A stretch of 63,442 nt of DNA, filler included, from Chiloscyllium plagiosum (GCF_004010195.1; 3 parts of one record of this genome joined end to end with filler, not necessarily neighbours in it); one strand, 5' to 3'. Positions 36,225 through 50,100 are shown, counted from the whole stretch's first letter. The notes: a model not told the origin generated them from the sequence alone. Program-made: numbers and translations.

Positions 36225-38400
36225 ACTGACCCACACTGACCCACACTGACTAACACATCCCTGAAGAAGGGCTCATTCCCGAAACATTGATTCTCCTGCT
36301 CCTTGGATGCTGCCTGACCTGCTGTGCTTTTCCAGCAATACATTTTCAGCACTGACTAACACTGACCAACATTGACTAACACTGACCGGCACTGACCAAC
36401 ACTGACCCTCACTGATCAACATTGACCAACACTGACCCACACTGACCAACATTGACCAACACTGACCCACACTGACACTGACCCACACTGGTCAACACTG
36501 ACCCACACTGATCAACACTGACAACACTGACCCACACTGACCCACACTGACCAACATTGACCAACACTGACCCACACTGATCAACATTGACCAACACTGA
36601 CCCACACTGACACTGACCCTCACTGACCCACACTGACCAATACTGATCAACACTGACCAACACTGACCTACACTGACCTACACTGTCCAACACTGACCCA
36701 CACTGCTCAACATTGACCCACACTGACCCACACAGACCAACGCTGACCAACGTTGATCAACGCTGACCTAAACTGACCAACACTGACCCACACTGACCAA
36801 CACTGACTCACACTGACCAATACTGACCCACACTGACCAACACTGACCCACACAGGCCAACGCTGATCAACACTGGGTATAAACAATGACTGCAGATGCT
36901 GGAAACCAGATTCTGGATTAGTGGTGCTGGAAGAGCACAGCAGTTCAGGCAGCATACGAGGAGGTTTGGATCCAAAGATCCTTGGATGCAGCTTATCAAC
37001 ACTGACCAATACTGACCCACACTGACCAACACTGACCAACACTGACCCATACTGATCAACACTGACCCACACTGATCAATACTGACCCACACTGACCCAC
37101 ACTGACCAATACTGACTCACACTGATCAACACTGGCCAACACTGACCCACGTTAACCAACACTGACCCACACTGACCAATACTGACCTACACTGGCTGAC
37201 ACTGACCCACACTGACCCACACTGATCACCAATGACCCACACTGAACCACAGTAACCCACACTGACCAATACTGACCAACACTGATCAACACTGACCAAC
37301 ACTGATCAACACTGACCCACACTGACCAATACTGACCCACACTGACCAACACTGATCAATACTGATCAACACTGACCCACACTGACCAACACTGATCAAC
37401 ACTGACCCACACTGACAAACACTGTCCCACACTGACCCACACTGACCAATACTGACCAATACTGACCAACACTGATCAACACTGACCAACACTGATCAAC
37501 ACTGACCCACACTGACCAACACTGTCCCACACTGACCCACACTGACCAATACTGACCAACACTGACTCACACTGACCAACACTGATCAACACTGATCAAC
37601 ACTGACCCACACTGACCAGTACTGACCAACACTGTCTCATACTGACCCACACTGACCAACACTGACCAACACTGATCAACACTAACCATAACTGATCAAC
37701 GCTGACCAATACTGACCCACACTGACCAATACTGACGAAGACTGACCCACACTGATCAACTCTGTCCCACACTGACCAACACTGACCCACACGGACCCAC
37801 ACTGATCAACACTGACCAATACTGACCAACACTGATCAACACTGACCAACACTGACCAACACTGATCAACACTGACCAATACTGATCAATGCTGACCAAT
37901 ACTGACCCACACTAACCAATACTGATGAACACTGACCCACACGGATCAACACTGACCCACACTGACCAACACTGACCAACACTGATCAACACTGACCAAC
38001 AATGACCAATACTGATCAACGCTGACCCACACTGACCAATACTGACGAACACTGACCCACACTGACCCACACTGACCAACACTGACCAATGCTGATCAAT
38101 GCTGACCAATACTGACCCACACTGACCAATACTGACGAACACTGACCCACACTGACCAACACTGACCAACACTGACCAATACTGACCCACACTGACCAAC
38201 AATGACCAATACTGACCCACACTGACCAACAATGACCAATACTGATCAACATTGACCAACACTGACCAATACTGACCCACATTGAACAACACTGACCTAT
38301 ATCGATCAATGCTGACCAAAACTGACCAACAGTAATAGACACTAATTAATACTGACCAACACTGATCAGTACTGATTAACATTGACCGATGTTGACCCAA
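36225..38400. repeat. 10-bp satellite (actgacccac/actgaccaac/actgatcaac)n with two family A inserts (about 36258-36350 and 36876-36995)
   Basis: 10-mer periodicity; the first insert reads CTGAAGA-A-GGGC-TCAT-TCCC-GAAACATT. Confidence 0.93.
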
Positions 38401-38417
38401 TGACAGTGAGTACTCAC

Positions 38418-38456
38418 CAGCTCATAGTTCACCGGAGGGACACACAAGGTAGTGAC
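38418..38456 (-). CDS. TNS1: Tensin-1 39-bp exon at the end of the C1 domain: VTTLCVPPVNYEL
   Basis: Minus strand reads gtctttcttttcttgcag|GTCACTACC...GAGCTG|gtgagt, and only phase 0 is open. It matches the recalled TNS1 VAAPCVPPSNHEL and is on the same strand as the C2 exons. Confidence 0.85.
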
Positions 38457-41400
38457 CTGCAAGAAAAGAAAGACTTAACGTAAGATGGATAATGTACAGC
38501 AGTCTCATGCTCACTGTGAATGTTTCTTCATAACCAATACTTTGCTGGTCAATAGTTCTTTGACCATTCATTTTTTAAGCCCACAAAACTCCCTGGTGTT
38601 CTTGGGGAGTTGAACCTGACGTTGATCACAATTTCTTGAATCGATATGATCCCAATTGTAGCAGACAGACTAAACCCCAGAGTAAGACCTGGCTTGATAG
38701 CTCACCGGGTTTCACTTTATCGTTAGTTTACCATGAACATCATCAGAAGAGGCTGTCAATGTCCTTTTAACAAAACAATATAAAAGTTTGTTCGGCAAAA
38801 GAAACACCATCTGTGTTACTTATTACAAGGACAACATACAAAAGTCTTATTACAAAGATCAGTAATAATGATCTCACCCTTTTACCCTCAACCTTACAGA
38901 TACTCAAGCCTCAGAGAAGGGAAATCCTGAATCAACACTCGGGCTGCTCGTTCAGTTTTAGTTGGGTTCTGGAGCTTTTCCCTTACTGATGTCTAAGCAG
39001 TTTCAGACATATGGGTTTACCATAGACTCAGCTCCAGCAGTTTGCAGCCCAGTCTCCCCACTCTCTAAGCTCCTGTTTGCACTGTGCAGTATCCACACAC
39101 TGACTGATTGACCTTCAAGCTGCTTTCTCTTCTATGACTCAGGTCTTCCCCCCCGTTCTCACTGCTTTTAGATGGTGCTATATTAACAGCACTGCTGTTG
39201 TTACAGCCATTTCTGCTGTGAACAAAATCTGCACACTGCCTGGCCTTTTGAATGATTCAATCTTTCTGTGATATTGTTTTTCCACCTTTTTCCTCATGCA
39301 CTCATTACTATACATGTAAATAAGCACATTTCCTGACACCACAGTCCAACTTGGAGACAGTGAGGACTGCAGGTGCTGAAAGCTCAGAGTCAATGAAGTG
39401 TGGAGCTGGAGAAAGCACAGCAGGTCAAGCAGCACCAGTGGGACAGGAGAGTCAATGATTCAGGCAGGACCGATGAAGGGTCTCCGGCTCCTCTGATGCT
39501 GCTTGATCTGCTGTGCTTTCTCCAGCTCCACACTTTATCCACCGCAGTCCAACTCACAGAACTCAAAAACAAAACTAAATAAAACATCTTCACCCTCCCA
39601 CACCCCACCACCCCCCTCCCCCTACCACCCAGGTAAGCTATTCAGGACTGAGACGAGGAAGGATTTCTTCACTCAGAGGGCTGTGAACCTAGGGAATTCT
39701 CTCCCACAGGAATCTGTTGGGGCCAATTAGATACATTCAAGAGGGAACTAGAAATGGCCCTAAATGGATAAAGGGGTATGGGGAGAGGGTGGGAATGGGA
39801 TACCGAGATTGCATGATCAGTCATGATCATATTGAATGGAGGCGCAGGCTGGAAGGGCCAAATGGCCTACTCCTGCACCTATATTTCCAAGTTTTTATGT
39901 TAACACACACCGCACCGAGAAATAGAAATTAAATATAAAGTGAGACGTCACTCCTCCACTACAGAGCCCTAGCTATCCAGCAATGACAATACAAGGTGCT
40001 GAATGTAAACAGGTTCATATGGCTGCCATTTGCAAAAATGGCTAATTCAATAGCTCCTTTGATGGATGTAAAACAATCCTTGGAAGATGATAATGATGTT
40101 CAAGGTGCTACAGAAATGTAAACTGCTTTAAAAATGAAGCGCAGCGCACCAAAGATATTGAATATTGCGTTAAAGACTGGAAAGCTGCTGCAATCTCTCA
40201 TCTTGCAGCCTTAAGGACAAATGCAAGAATTCAAATTTTCAGACGATCAATTTATAGCACGGAGAAGAGACAGCTGATTGGTTGGCAGCCGATACTGGTT
40301 GGCTAAGATGTTGCCATGGAGAGAATAATGGGGCAATAGGGAGCTCTCCAATCGCCCGGGTAATTCAAAAGATGCAAAGTTTGATCTGGTTCATTTTGTT
40401 TACAGAGAATGTGAGAGCAGGTGTGAATATATCTCACTTCCAGAAACTGGAAATGAGGCCCCATAGCATCACAGATTGATTCTGATAAAGAAGGAGGCCA
40501 TGCAGAGGCTCTGATAGCGAGTCAGGAACATGATCACACGTTATGATCACAGCTGATTAACTTTAATCAAGTGCAAGGAGAGCAAACAGAACAGACAGGA
40601 TGGTCTGGAAAGTTGCAGAATCACATCAAACTTAGTTAGAGACATCAGAAAACCTGCAGATTCCGGAATCCAAGGTAGGTAAGCAGAAAGCCGGAAGAAG
40701 GTCCTGAAATAACTGATCTCTCTTCCAAAGGGACATTTCCAAGACCTGCAGCATTTCTCCAATCACCTGGAAGCTCAGCAAGTCTAAGGTGTACCATTGC
40801 GTTCCCCGTAGCAACGTCTTGGCCAACCAGACAACATGCCAACTGATTAGCACCCTCACCTGAGGCATAAACTGTTATGATCATTTAAAATCTTATATTC
40901 TTGCATTCGTCCTGATGAGTGGGACAACCTATCTGTCTTACATTACTAACACTAGGGCTCTTCCACAGATCGAACATAAAACAGTACAGCACAGGAACAG
41001 GCATCATGTTGTGCTGAACATAATGCCAAAATAAACTAATCCCTTCTGCCTACCCTTGGTCCATATCCCTCCATTCCTTATATAACCATGTGTTTATCTA
41101 AAAGGCCCTTAAACGCCCCTAACGTATCTACTCAATGGGGTACCTGCTGGCCCTGGGCATCATACCAAGCTGTACATTCAGCACTGCCCCATCTCAGAGA
41201 ACAGCAGGAGAGTCTTCGCCAGTGTCTCAGAGTAATCGTTGTGCCTCCAGCCTCATCCCCAAGGAACACACTACCCGGTCAGCACCATATCGGTGCGTAC
41301 AAGATATTGTCAGGTGTCCTTACGTCTTCAAAGCACTTGAATCATTGTCAAACTTTGAGATGTCCTGAGGTTGTGAAAGGTGATACATAAATATATGTAT

Positions 41401-43379
41401 TGCTTACCAAGACCCGTTTTATCAAAACCACTCACCTTGTAGGCATCAGGACAGTTCACAAGAATACCAGTGTTAAGGGAAACAATATTCAATGTAGAAG
41501 AAGACACTGTGGATTGGTTGGATAGTGATTGGTAGAGGCATTCTCAATGGCCTCAGGTTTATTAATCAGAAGCCATTTTCCAAGCAATCAGCTTTCCCCT
41601 TTCACATAGCATGAATGTTGTTTTCCTTTGCTATTGGTATTCTTGTGAATCGTCCTGATGAGTGCAAGGTGAAAATCTTCAACAGAATGTGTCTTTTTTG
41701 TCAGCAATAAGCAAGCTTGATACTACCAAGCAACTGTTTATAGAAACAGAAGCTGCTTCTTTCCTGCTGTTGCATAAAACACTCGGCTAGTCTTCTCTAA
41801 TGGGAGTGTGCTGCATCATAGGAAAGATGTGAGTGCAGAGGTGATTTCCCAGAATGGTTCCAGGAATCTGAGGAACTTCAGTGATGAAGAGAGATTGGAG
41901 AGGTTGGGACTGTTCTCCTTGGACAGAGGAAGATTGCAGGGAGAGTTGATAGAAGTTTTCAAAACCATGAGTGGGCTGGATAGAGCAGAGAGGAAGAAGT
42001 TGTTCCTGCTCATACAAGAAACAAGAATGAGAGGGATATGGATGGAATGTGCAAACAAAGCGAGATGAGAGAAAAACACTCAATGAATAGTTAGGGTGTG
42101 GAATAGTTAGGGTGTGGAGTGCACTGCCTGGAAATGTGCTGGGGGCATTGGATGGTTATTGGGATAGGAAGTGCAAGGATATGGAGAAAGGCACTCCATC
42201 ATGATGTCTATTTGGAGGGCCAATGATGGGCAGAATGGCCTCACCCTGCACCATAACACTCCTGTAATCCCAGAAAGCATTACAGGAGTGCCTCTGAGGC
42301 CCAGTCCAAACACATCTTCACTGACGTCACCCCTCGGAGCCCCCTCCCCAACATGCGGCTAATCACCAGGTAAAGCTGCCCTCCTTCCCTCCAGCTCTGA
42401 GGGTAAATACCTCGCTCAACCTGCTGCTGTCACTCCATCGTGTGAACACGGTGGAGATGAAGAATGAAAGCTGTGGGACCTTTGGTTTCATCTGTTTCTG
42501 TGCTCTCCCAGTCACACGTTAGCACCGACAGATCACCGCCTGCACAACGCACTTGGCCTGGGAATGACATGACATGACTGGCAAAACACTTCTTCATTAA
42601 CAAACTAATACAACCTTTTTTTTACTTCACAGCCACTCACCCAACAAAGTAATGATCAAAAACTACCATAAAAGGCTAGATAATGCAGGAACATCATTTC
42701 TGAAGGCACTGGGAGAGCAGCCCATGTGTTATGTAAATGTTTGGAACATAGTTTTGAGTTCAGCCTTTTGATTTAGTGAAGGCAGTGAGTTTGGCAACAA
42801 GTGCAGAAGAAAAATAAATTGTCGGCTCTGATTTACTGCCCTGGACAACATTAATGCTGTCTGCATCTGGACACAACTTGTAGCTTGTGAATCTCTGTTC
42901 AAGAATTTGGGATGTATTGTCAAGCAGGCAAAATGCTCCTGGAGGGTCCATCACTCACAATAACGTCAGGGAGTGAGGCATACAACCTTAACATTGGCGT
43001 GGATACTCCACACCACACCATCCCCATCCAACCTCGTCCCCGACCACACAATGAAGGTGAGGTGAGGGTGGAGGGGGAAGATTGGTGTTTAGCTAAATCC
43101 AGTCAGCATCTTATCCACATCCAGCAATCTCACACCTTCCTCCCACCGCAATTATCTCAATCCCTTTCCACTTACTCCCACACAACCCAATCCCAATGGG
43201 GCCACACCCTTTCCCACTCACTCCCACACAACCCAATCCCAATGGGGCCACACCCTTTCCCACTCACTCCCACACAACCTAATCCCAATGGAGCCCCACC
43301 CCTTCCCACTCACTCCCACACAACCCAATCCCAATGGACACAAACCCCTTCCCACTCACTCCCATGTTACTCAATATAG

Positions 43380-44310
43380 ATGGCCCAGGTGCTCCACCTG
43401 CTGGATATTGTGGCTAATGTCTATCTGAACAATTGGTGATGCCTCAGGTAAATGTACAGCCACCAAACCTCTTTCCTGGCATTGTTCTAAGTTAGTGACA
43501 CCAAACCTTCTGCAGAAAGGCAAGCTCAGTCCAAGTAAACAGGCTATCCTAGATCGGGTACGGTGCAATGAGAAAGGAACTATTGACAATTTCACTGTGC
43601 GAGGCCCTAGGGGATGAGTGACCATAAATGATGGAGTCCTTCAACAAGACCGAGAATGATGTCACTGGTTCTGACACTAGGATGTAAATGGAGAAAATTA
43701 CGATCATATAAGGTGCAAATTGGTTATGATAGGTGGGAGATGTTACATAAAGGAAGACATATGCCAGTGAAAATGTAATGGCCAACACTCAAAGAGCTCA
43801 TGGGTGAACTGCAAAAATTGTTCATTTCCGTCAGGCGCAAAAGTAAAACAGGAAAAATGGCCAAACCATTGGTTAAAAAGGAAATTACAGGCAGTAAGAG
43901 ATCCAAGGAAGAGGCATATAAATTAGTCAGTAAGAATAACAGGCCTGAGGTTTACAATTTGCCAAAGAGGGCAAAGGGGCTGATTAAGAAAAGGAAGAAA
44001 GAGTGAGAGAGGAAGCTTGCGGGGAAGATAAAAACTGACTGTAAACGTTTCCATCAATATATGAAGAGAAAAAGATTAGTGAAGGAAATTGTATTTCCCT
44101 GACAGTCAGAAACAGGGCAGGTTATTGAGGGGAACAAACAGGTGGCTGAGCGACTAAATACAAACTCTGGTCGGTGCTCACAAAGGAGATAATAAATAAT
44201 ACTCCAGAAAAGATTGAGAACTCATGGTTTAATGAGAGGGAGGAACTGAAGTATTATTCAGGAAATGGTGTTGGGGAAGTGAAGGTATTGAAGATTGATA
44301 AATTGCCAGG
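43380..44310 (+). mobile_element. Decayed CR1 ORF2 internal fragment (after the endonuclease)
   Basis: FISVRRKSKTGKMAKP.VKKEI...KEEAYK and gcggggaagataaaaactgactgtaaacgtttc, typical of CR1. Confidence 0.65.
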
Positions 44311-44592
44311 GCCTGATCATTGAAATCCCAAACAGGGGAATGCACCAGAGTGCCCACCCTAATGTACCAACAGCTCGAACAGCAAACTTCATTCCACATT
44401 GTTGGAAAAACCCATTGGTGTCACTGCCATCCTTCAGGGCAGGAAACTGCCATCCTTACCTGCTCTGGCTGACTTGTGACTCCAGACCCACAGCGATGTG
44501 AGTGCCTCTCACTGACCTCTGGGCAATAGGGATGGGCAATAAATTCTGGACTGACCAGTGACACCCAGATCCCATGAATGAGTTTTAAAAAG

Positions 44593-44815
44593 TCGAAAAG
44601 TGTTGTTCTGGAAAAACACAGTTTGTCAGGCAGTATCCGAGGAGCAGGAGAGTCGACGTTTCGGGCGAAAGCCCTTCATCAGGAATTTCTCATGAAGAGC
44701 TTATGCCCGAAACATCGATTCTCTTGCTTCTTGGATGCTGCCTGACCTGCTGTGCTTTTTCAGCACCACACTTTTCGACTCTGATATCCGGCATCTGCAG
44801 TGCTCCCTTTTTCTC
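44593..44815. mobile_element. Inverted pair of family A elements with two back-to-back hammerhead motifs at the centre
   Basis: The left arm is the reverse complement of the right arm; the centre reads ...gcccttcatcaggaatttctcatgaagagcttatgcccgaaacatcg. Confidence 0.8.
44655..44682 (-). ncRNA. Minimal hammerhead ribozyme motif (family A), intact core
   Basis: Minus strand CTGATGA-A-GGGC-TTTC-GCCC-GAAACGTC, with a GUC cleavage triplet and palindromic ACGT stem III. Stem I is weak (tc/ga). Confidence 0.72.
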
Positions 44816-45404
44816 GTGTTGAACAAATCCCAAGCTGGCTCCGTGTGGGACAGAAGGACACCCACCTCACATTCTTATTGTGAACACATCACTCCTCCTC
44901 TCTGTCACTCAGTGAGACTCCAAACTCCAAGCTTTGCCAGCTGTGAGGAGACAGCTAACCCATCCGAGGACAGCACAGAACACGAGCAGGATTGGGTATC
45001 ACTGCAGAACCAGGTTCCCTGGTGGGGCTCCCCATTCTGCACACTTCAGCACAAAAATAAGGACACCACATTGTAAAGCCAGCCACAGTTTGGACAGCAT
45101 GAGAACCGGACGCTGATTGGTTGCAACACACCAGGATTTGTCAGCATGTTGTCATGGAGAATGCAGAAGGGAACAATGATCCCCAACACATCTGTGTAAC
45201 TGAGAAAGACACAATGTTGGGCATGGCTTTCTTTTTTGTAGAGGTTAGGGCCCAGTGTCTGAGTACATGAAATACCCGATAAGCAAATGGGAGCTGCATT
45301 GTCAGACTGATTAACAATCAGAAATTGTTGTGTGTGCACTTTTTCACACACTCACCATGATCTCAAACTCCACTCTACACACATTCCATCATGCAGTACA
45401 GGAG

Positions 45405-45880
45405 AGTCAGTACTGAGGGTGTGCTGCACTGTCAGAGGGTCAGTGCTGAGGGAGTGCCGCACTGTCAGAGGGTCAGTGCTGATAGAGTGCTGCACTGTCA
45501 GAGGGTCAGTGTTGAGGGTGTGCTGCACTGTCAGAGGGTCAGTGCTGAGGGAGTGCCACACTGTCAGAGGGTCGGTACTGAGTGAGTGCTGCACTGTCAG
45601 AGGATTATGCTGAGGGAGTGCCGCACTGTCGGAGGGTCAATGCTGAGGGAGTGCCACACTGACGGAGGGTCAGTGCTGAGGGAGTGCCTCACTGTCAGAG
45701 GGTCAGTGCTGAGGGAGTGCCGCTCTGACGGAGGGTCAATGCTGAGGGAGTGCCGCACTGTCGGAGGGTCAATGCTGAGGGAGTGCCACACTGACGGAGG
45801 GTCAATGCTGAGGGAGTGCCACACTGACGGAGGGTCAGTACTGTGGGCGTTCTGCACTGTCAAAGGGTCAGTGCTGAGGG
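45405..45880. repeat. 33-bp minisatellite (gtcagtgctgagggagtgccgcactgtcagagg)n, about 14 copies
   Basis: gtcagtg recurs at 45439, 45472 and onward. Confidence 0.92.
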
Positions 45881-47969
45881 GGAAAGAATATTCTCCCAGC
45901 CTCTCGAAACCTGCTGTTTCTCACCTTAAACCCATGTCCCTCTGGTCACTGATCTCTCCACCGAGGGGAACAGTTCCTTCCTGTTTACCCCGTGCGTACC
46001 CCTCACCATGTTATACATCTCAATCATGTCCCCCCTCAGTCTCCTCTGCTCAAATCAAAATAACCCCAGTCTGGCCAATCGCTCTCCATTGCTGGAACTC
46101 TCCAGGCCTGGCACCATCCTGGAAAATCTCGCACCAGTGTCAATTATTGCTGCAGGGGACGGTGTTCTGAGCAGATGGGAGAGATCAACCATTACATGGT
46201 CTCAATCTTGCACTGAGCAATGATCAGCATTAAATACCTTACCTTACTCAGAACACTGAAACTAACGAGCAGATAGAGCTGGATACTCTGATGCATAGAC
46301 AAACTAACAGCATTCTGAATGAACTTCAACAGTTCAAGAAGGCAGCTCACCCCCACCTTCTCAAGGGGCAACTAGGGACGGGGAATAAATGCTGGGCCCA
46401 GCCAGTGACATCCATGTCCCATGAATGAATTGAAGAGAAAGAATGGACAGTGAACCCAGAGTCTGCTTCCCAAAGTGAGGCCGCAATCATTATGAACACA
46501 GCACAGAGATAACACTTAAAACTGTCTGTGCCAAGTGTGACTCTGTCTTGGCAGGGGGCAATCTGAGGCCCAGGGAAAGAGTGAAGTGGAGACTCAGGGT
46601 GAAAACCAGGAAAGGGAATGACAGAGAGAGGGAGAGGGGGAGATGTGGAGGGGAGTCAGTGTTGGCCCAAGCCCCTGGAGCCAGCTGCAACCCATGACGG
46701 ATGATATCTGGGACATGTGACCAAAATCTGTCATTGACTAGAGAACAACAGGAACAGTGATGGGAGGGGAAGGGAAGGGAAGAGAAAGCTACATTTTGAA
46801 GCTATTAATAAGATCAAGGTCTGGTGAAAACTCACTAAAGGCAGGCATGGTTCCTAGACATATCCGAACCACTCACTCAGTATCTGCCACCCACTGACCT
46901 CCAGCTGGCACTATGCCACCAGACAGTGGCGTGGGATTGCTCCACTGGTCTGACACAGTACCTTTCTGCTTCACTCAGCCAGGAACAGGGCCTCATTCTG
47001 AGAGTCCTTGCAGGAGATCCGATTCTACTGAGAGGTAAACACTGGGCTACACACGGCAGGATCTCGCTGCTTTATCTTAACTCCGTGCCCCTGCGGGCGG
47101 GATCGGGCATTCTTTACATTCCTCCTCTTCTGTTTGCTGAAACAGGTCCAAGCTGACATCTGTACTTTGTACAATGTCCCATACTTAAAACAATATAACA
47201 AGGCCCACTCACCAATCAATATCCAACAAATTTACACAATCCCAATGGATTCAAACTCCTTCCCATTCACTCCCACTCTACACAATCCCAATGGATCCAT
47301 AGTCCTTCCCATTCACTCCTATTGTACACAATCCCAATGAACACAAAACCTCTTCCCATTCACTCTCACTCTACACATTCCCAATAGACCCATCCCCCTC
47401 CCCATTCACTCCCTCTCCACTCAATCCCAATGACCTAAACCCCTTCCTATTCACTCTGATTGTAAAAGTCCCCAATCCCTAGTAGAGAACATTCCCTATC
47501 GAAAGCTGATATGATCTCTTGGTTTATTAAATACAAAGTGTGTTATCTCAGATCAGGCAGTAATCTAATCAGTTTGCTGCACAGCCTGTACTAAGTGTTT
47601 CCTGTTTCTGTTTGTGCTAAGAGACTGGATAAATGATTGAGACACTGCCAGGTCTTGCCATTACTAACTGGCTGCCTTCCTGCTGCAGAACTCTCCTCCT
47701 CCACCTCCACCTCCATCTTCTTCAGCTCCATCACCATTTCCTCACATTGGATACCTCGGTAATGTCCACTTAGACCATGAGACTGTGGGAGTCTTCATGG
47801 AGACAAATCAAATTCTCATTTTCTGCCCTCCCTCTTAACACATCGACTTTGCAGTAGTTTTCAGTGCAAGTAATCAAAATTAGCAACTTTCTGGATTTTC
47901 TAAACTATAACCTGCAGATATACAAATCATCGGCAGCACATTCCGTTGGCATCCCATCCACTGCTTTTA

Positions 47970-48290
47970 ACATCCCCTCCCTCCCCAGATGCTCAGTAAC
48001 AGCAGTGTGTACCATCCCCTCCCTACCCACCGACGCTCAGTAACAGCAGTGTGTACCATCCCCTCCCTCTATCACCGATGCTCAGTAACAGCAGTGTTTA
48101 CCATCCACTCCCTCCCCACCGACGCTCAGTAACAGCAGTGTGTACCATCCACTCCCTCCCTCTTCCGATGCTCAGTAACAGCAGTGTGTACCATCCACTC
48201 CCTCCCTCCCCCGATGCTCAGTAACAGCAGTGTGTACCATCCCCTTCCTCCCCCCACCCACACTCAGTAGCAACAGTGTGTACTATCTAC
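47970..48290 (+). repeat. 44-46-bp minisatellite (7 copies) amplified from LINE coding sequence
   Basis: ctcagta.cagcagtgtgtac at 47992, 48036, 48081, 48125, 48171, 48217 and 48263, then the LINE continues (atctacaagatgcactgcagaaac). Confidence 0.88.
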
Positions 48291-49189
48291 AAGATGCACT
48301 GCAGAAACTCACTAATGTTCCTCAGGCGGGTAGTTGGGAAGACCATCGCCCTGCACCCCCTCTCCAAGTTAAACAGTTCCTTTATTTGGACAAATTCCTT
48401 CATGACTGCTGGGTCAATATCCTGGAACATTCACCTCACCAGCTAAAGAGGAATGTACACCACCACCTCCTATTTTAGTCACTGTGTGGAAACACGCATA
48501 CTTATGGAATGATAAGAATTGGAAAGTGGTCATTTTTTGATATAACAGGTTTGCAAAGGTTTAATGGTGCATTTGTTTGGAACTGGGCAGTTGAGATGTT
48601 GCCAGAAGTCACAGGACACCAGGTCACATCTCCTGGCAAAGGAGCAGTGCTCCAAAAGTTTGTGATTTCAACTAAACCTGTTGGACTATAACCCGGTGGT
48701 CCGCCCCAGTCCAACACCAGCCCCTCCACATCATGGCGGCCAGGTAAGATGTTAAAATGGACAATGGTACAGTTTGTTTTGACAAAAAGAGTGACTTTGA
48801 ACAGAAGTCCAGCAAAGCTTTTAGAGAGTGATAAGGCTGGAGATTTGCTGCTTTAATTACTGTCCTAACAAAACCTTGAGAGCTCTGATGGATTTATACT
48901 GCTTCCTGATAACATTTCAGATCTCGGGACTCCTAACTGTCTCTTAGTTCAAACTGAATCCTAGTCTGCTGATTTTCCATTCCTCTGTGACTGTTAGCAA
49001 TCAAATCTCAACAACAGGTATTTATAGAAACTGAGAGAAGTCAAGCCATTGTTGTTGTCTGAACTTGCCCCTTGACCTTCAGAGATATTGAATTTATTTC
49101 CCCCTTCCGTCCGATATTTTCTCATCCCATCACAGATCTGGAGTGTGCGGGACCTGCTGAGTTTTCCCAGCAATTTCTGTTTTTGATTC

Positions 49190-50100
49190 TTTGGATGAGC
49201 TGAGTGAGTGGGCAAATGCTTGGCAGATGCAGAGTAATATGGATTAGTGTGAGATTATCTCCTCTGACCATAAAAATAGGAAGACAGGTTATTATTTGAA
49301 TGGATGTGAATTGAGAGGGGGGGAATGGTCACAAGGTCTGGGTACTCTTGTGCACCAGCCACGGAAAATATGCCCCCAGTTGAAGAAGGGCCGCGGTGTG
49401 TTGGCTTTCCTATTGAGAGGATTCAAGTACAGGAGCAGGGCCTGTAGTTAGACAGGGCCTGGTGAGACCGCCCCTGGAATAGTGTGTCCAGTTTGGGTGT
49501 CCCTATCTGAGGAAGGATGTTCTGGATGGAAGGAGAGTTCATGGAGACAAATAGAATTCTCATTTTCTGCCCTCCCTCTTAATACATTGACTTTGCAGTA
49601 GTTTTCAGTGCAAGTAATCAGAATTTACTAATAAAATCACTCTCTTGGGACGGCAAGATTGATGGAAGAGGCAAATTGAGTTGGTTAGGGTTATATTCAC
49701 TGGTGTTTAAAAGAATGAAGGGGGGGGATCTCATGGAAACCTATCAAATTCTAACAGAACTAGACACAGGAAGGATGTTCCCAATGTTGAATGAATCCAC
49801 AGCCAGGGGTCACAGTTCTCGGATACCGGGTTAACCTTTTAGGACTGAGACGGGGAGAAATGTCTTCCCCCAGAGAGTGGGGAGCCTGGGGGATTGTCTG
49901 ACATGAAAGTGGCTGAAGCTAAAACATTGAATGTTTTTGAGAAGGAGGTAGATCGAGCTCTTGTGGCTAAATGGATCAATGGGTTTGGGGGGAGGACAGG
50001 ATTAACTATTGCCCTTAATGATCAGCCATGATCATAATGAATGGCAGAGCAGGCTCAGGGGGCCGAATGGCCTGCTCCTACTCCTACCTTCTATGGTTCT
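49190..50100 (+). mobile_element. Decayed CR1 3' portion interrupted by a roughly 88-bp copy of nearby unique sequence
   Basis: CR1 motifs (LEYCVQFW-like and FFTQRVV-like) on both sides of 49538-49625. Confidence 0.75.
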
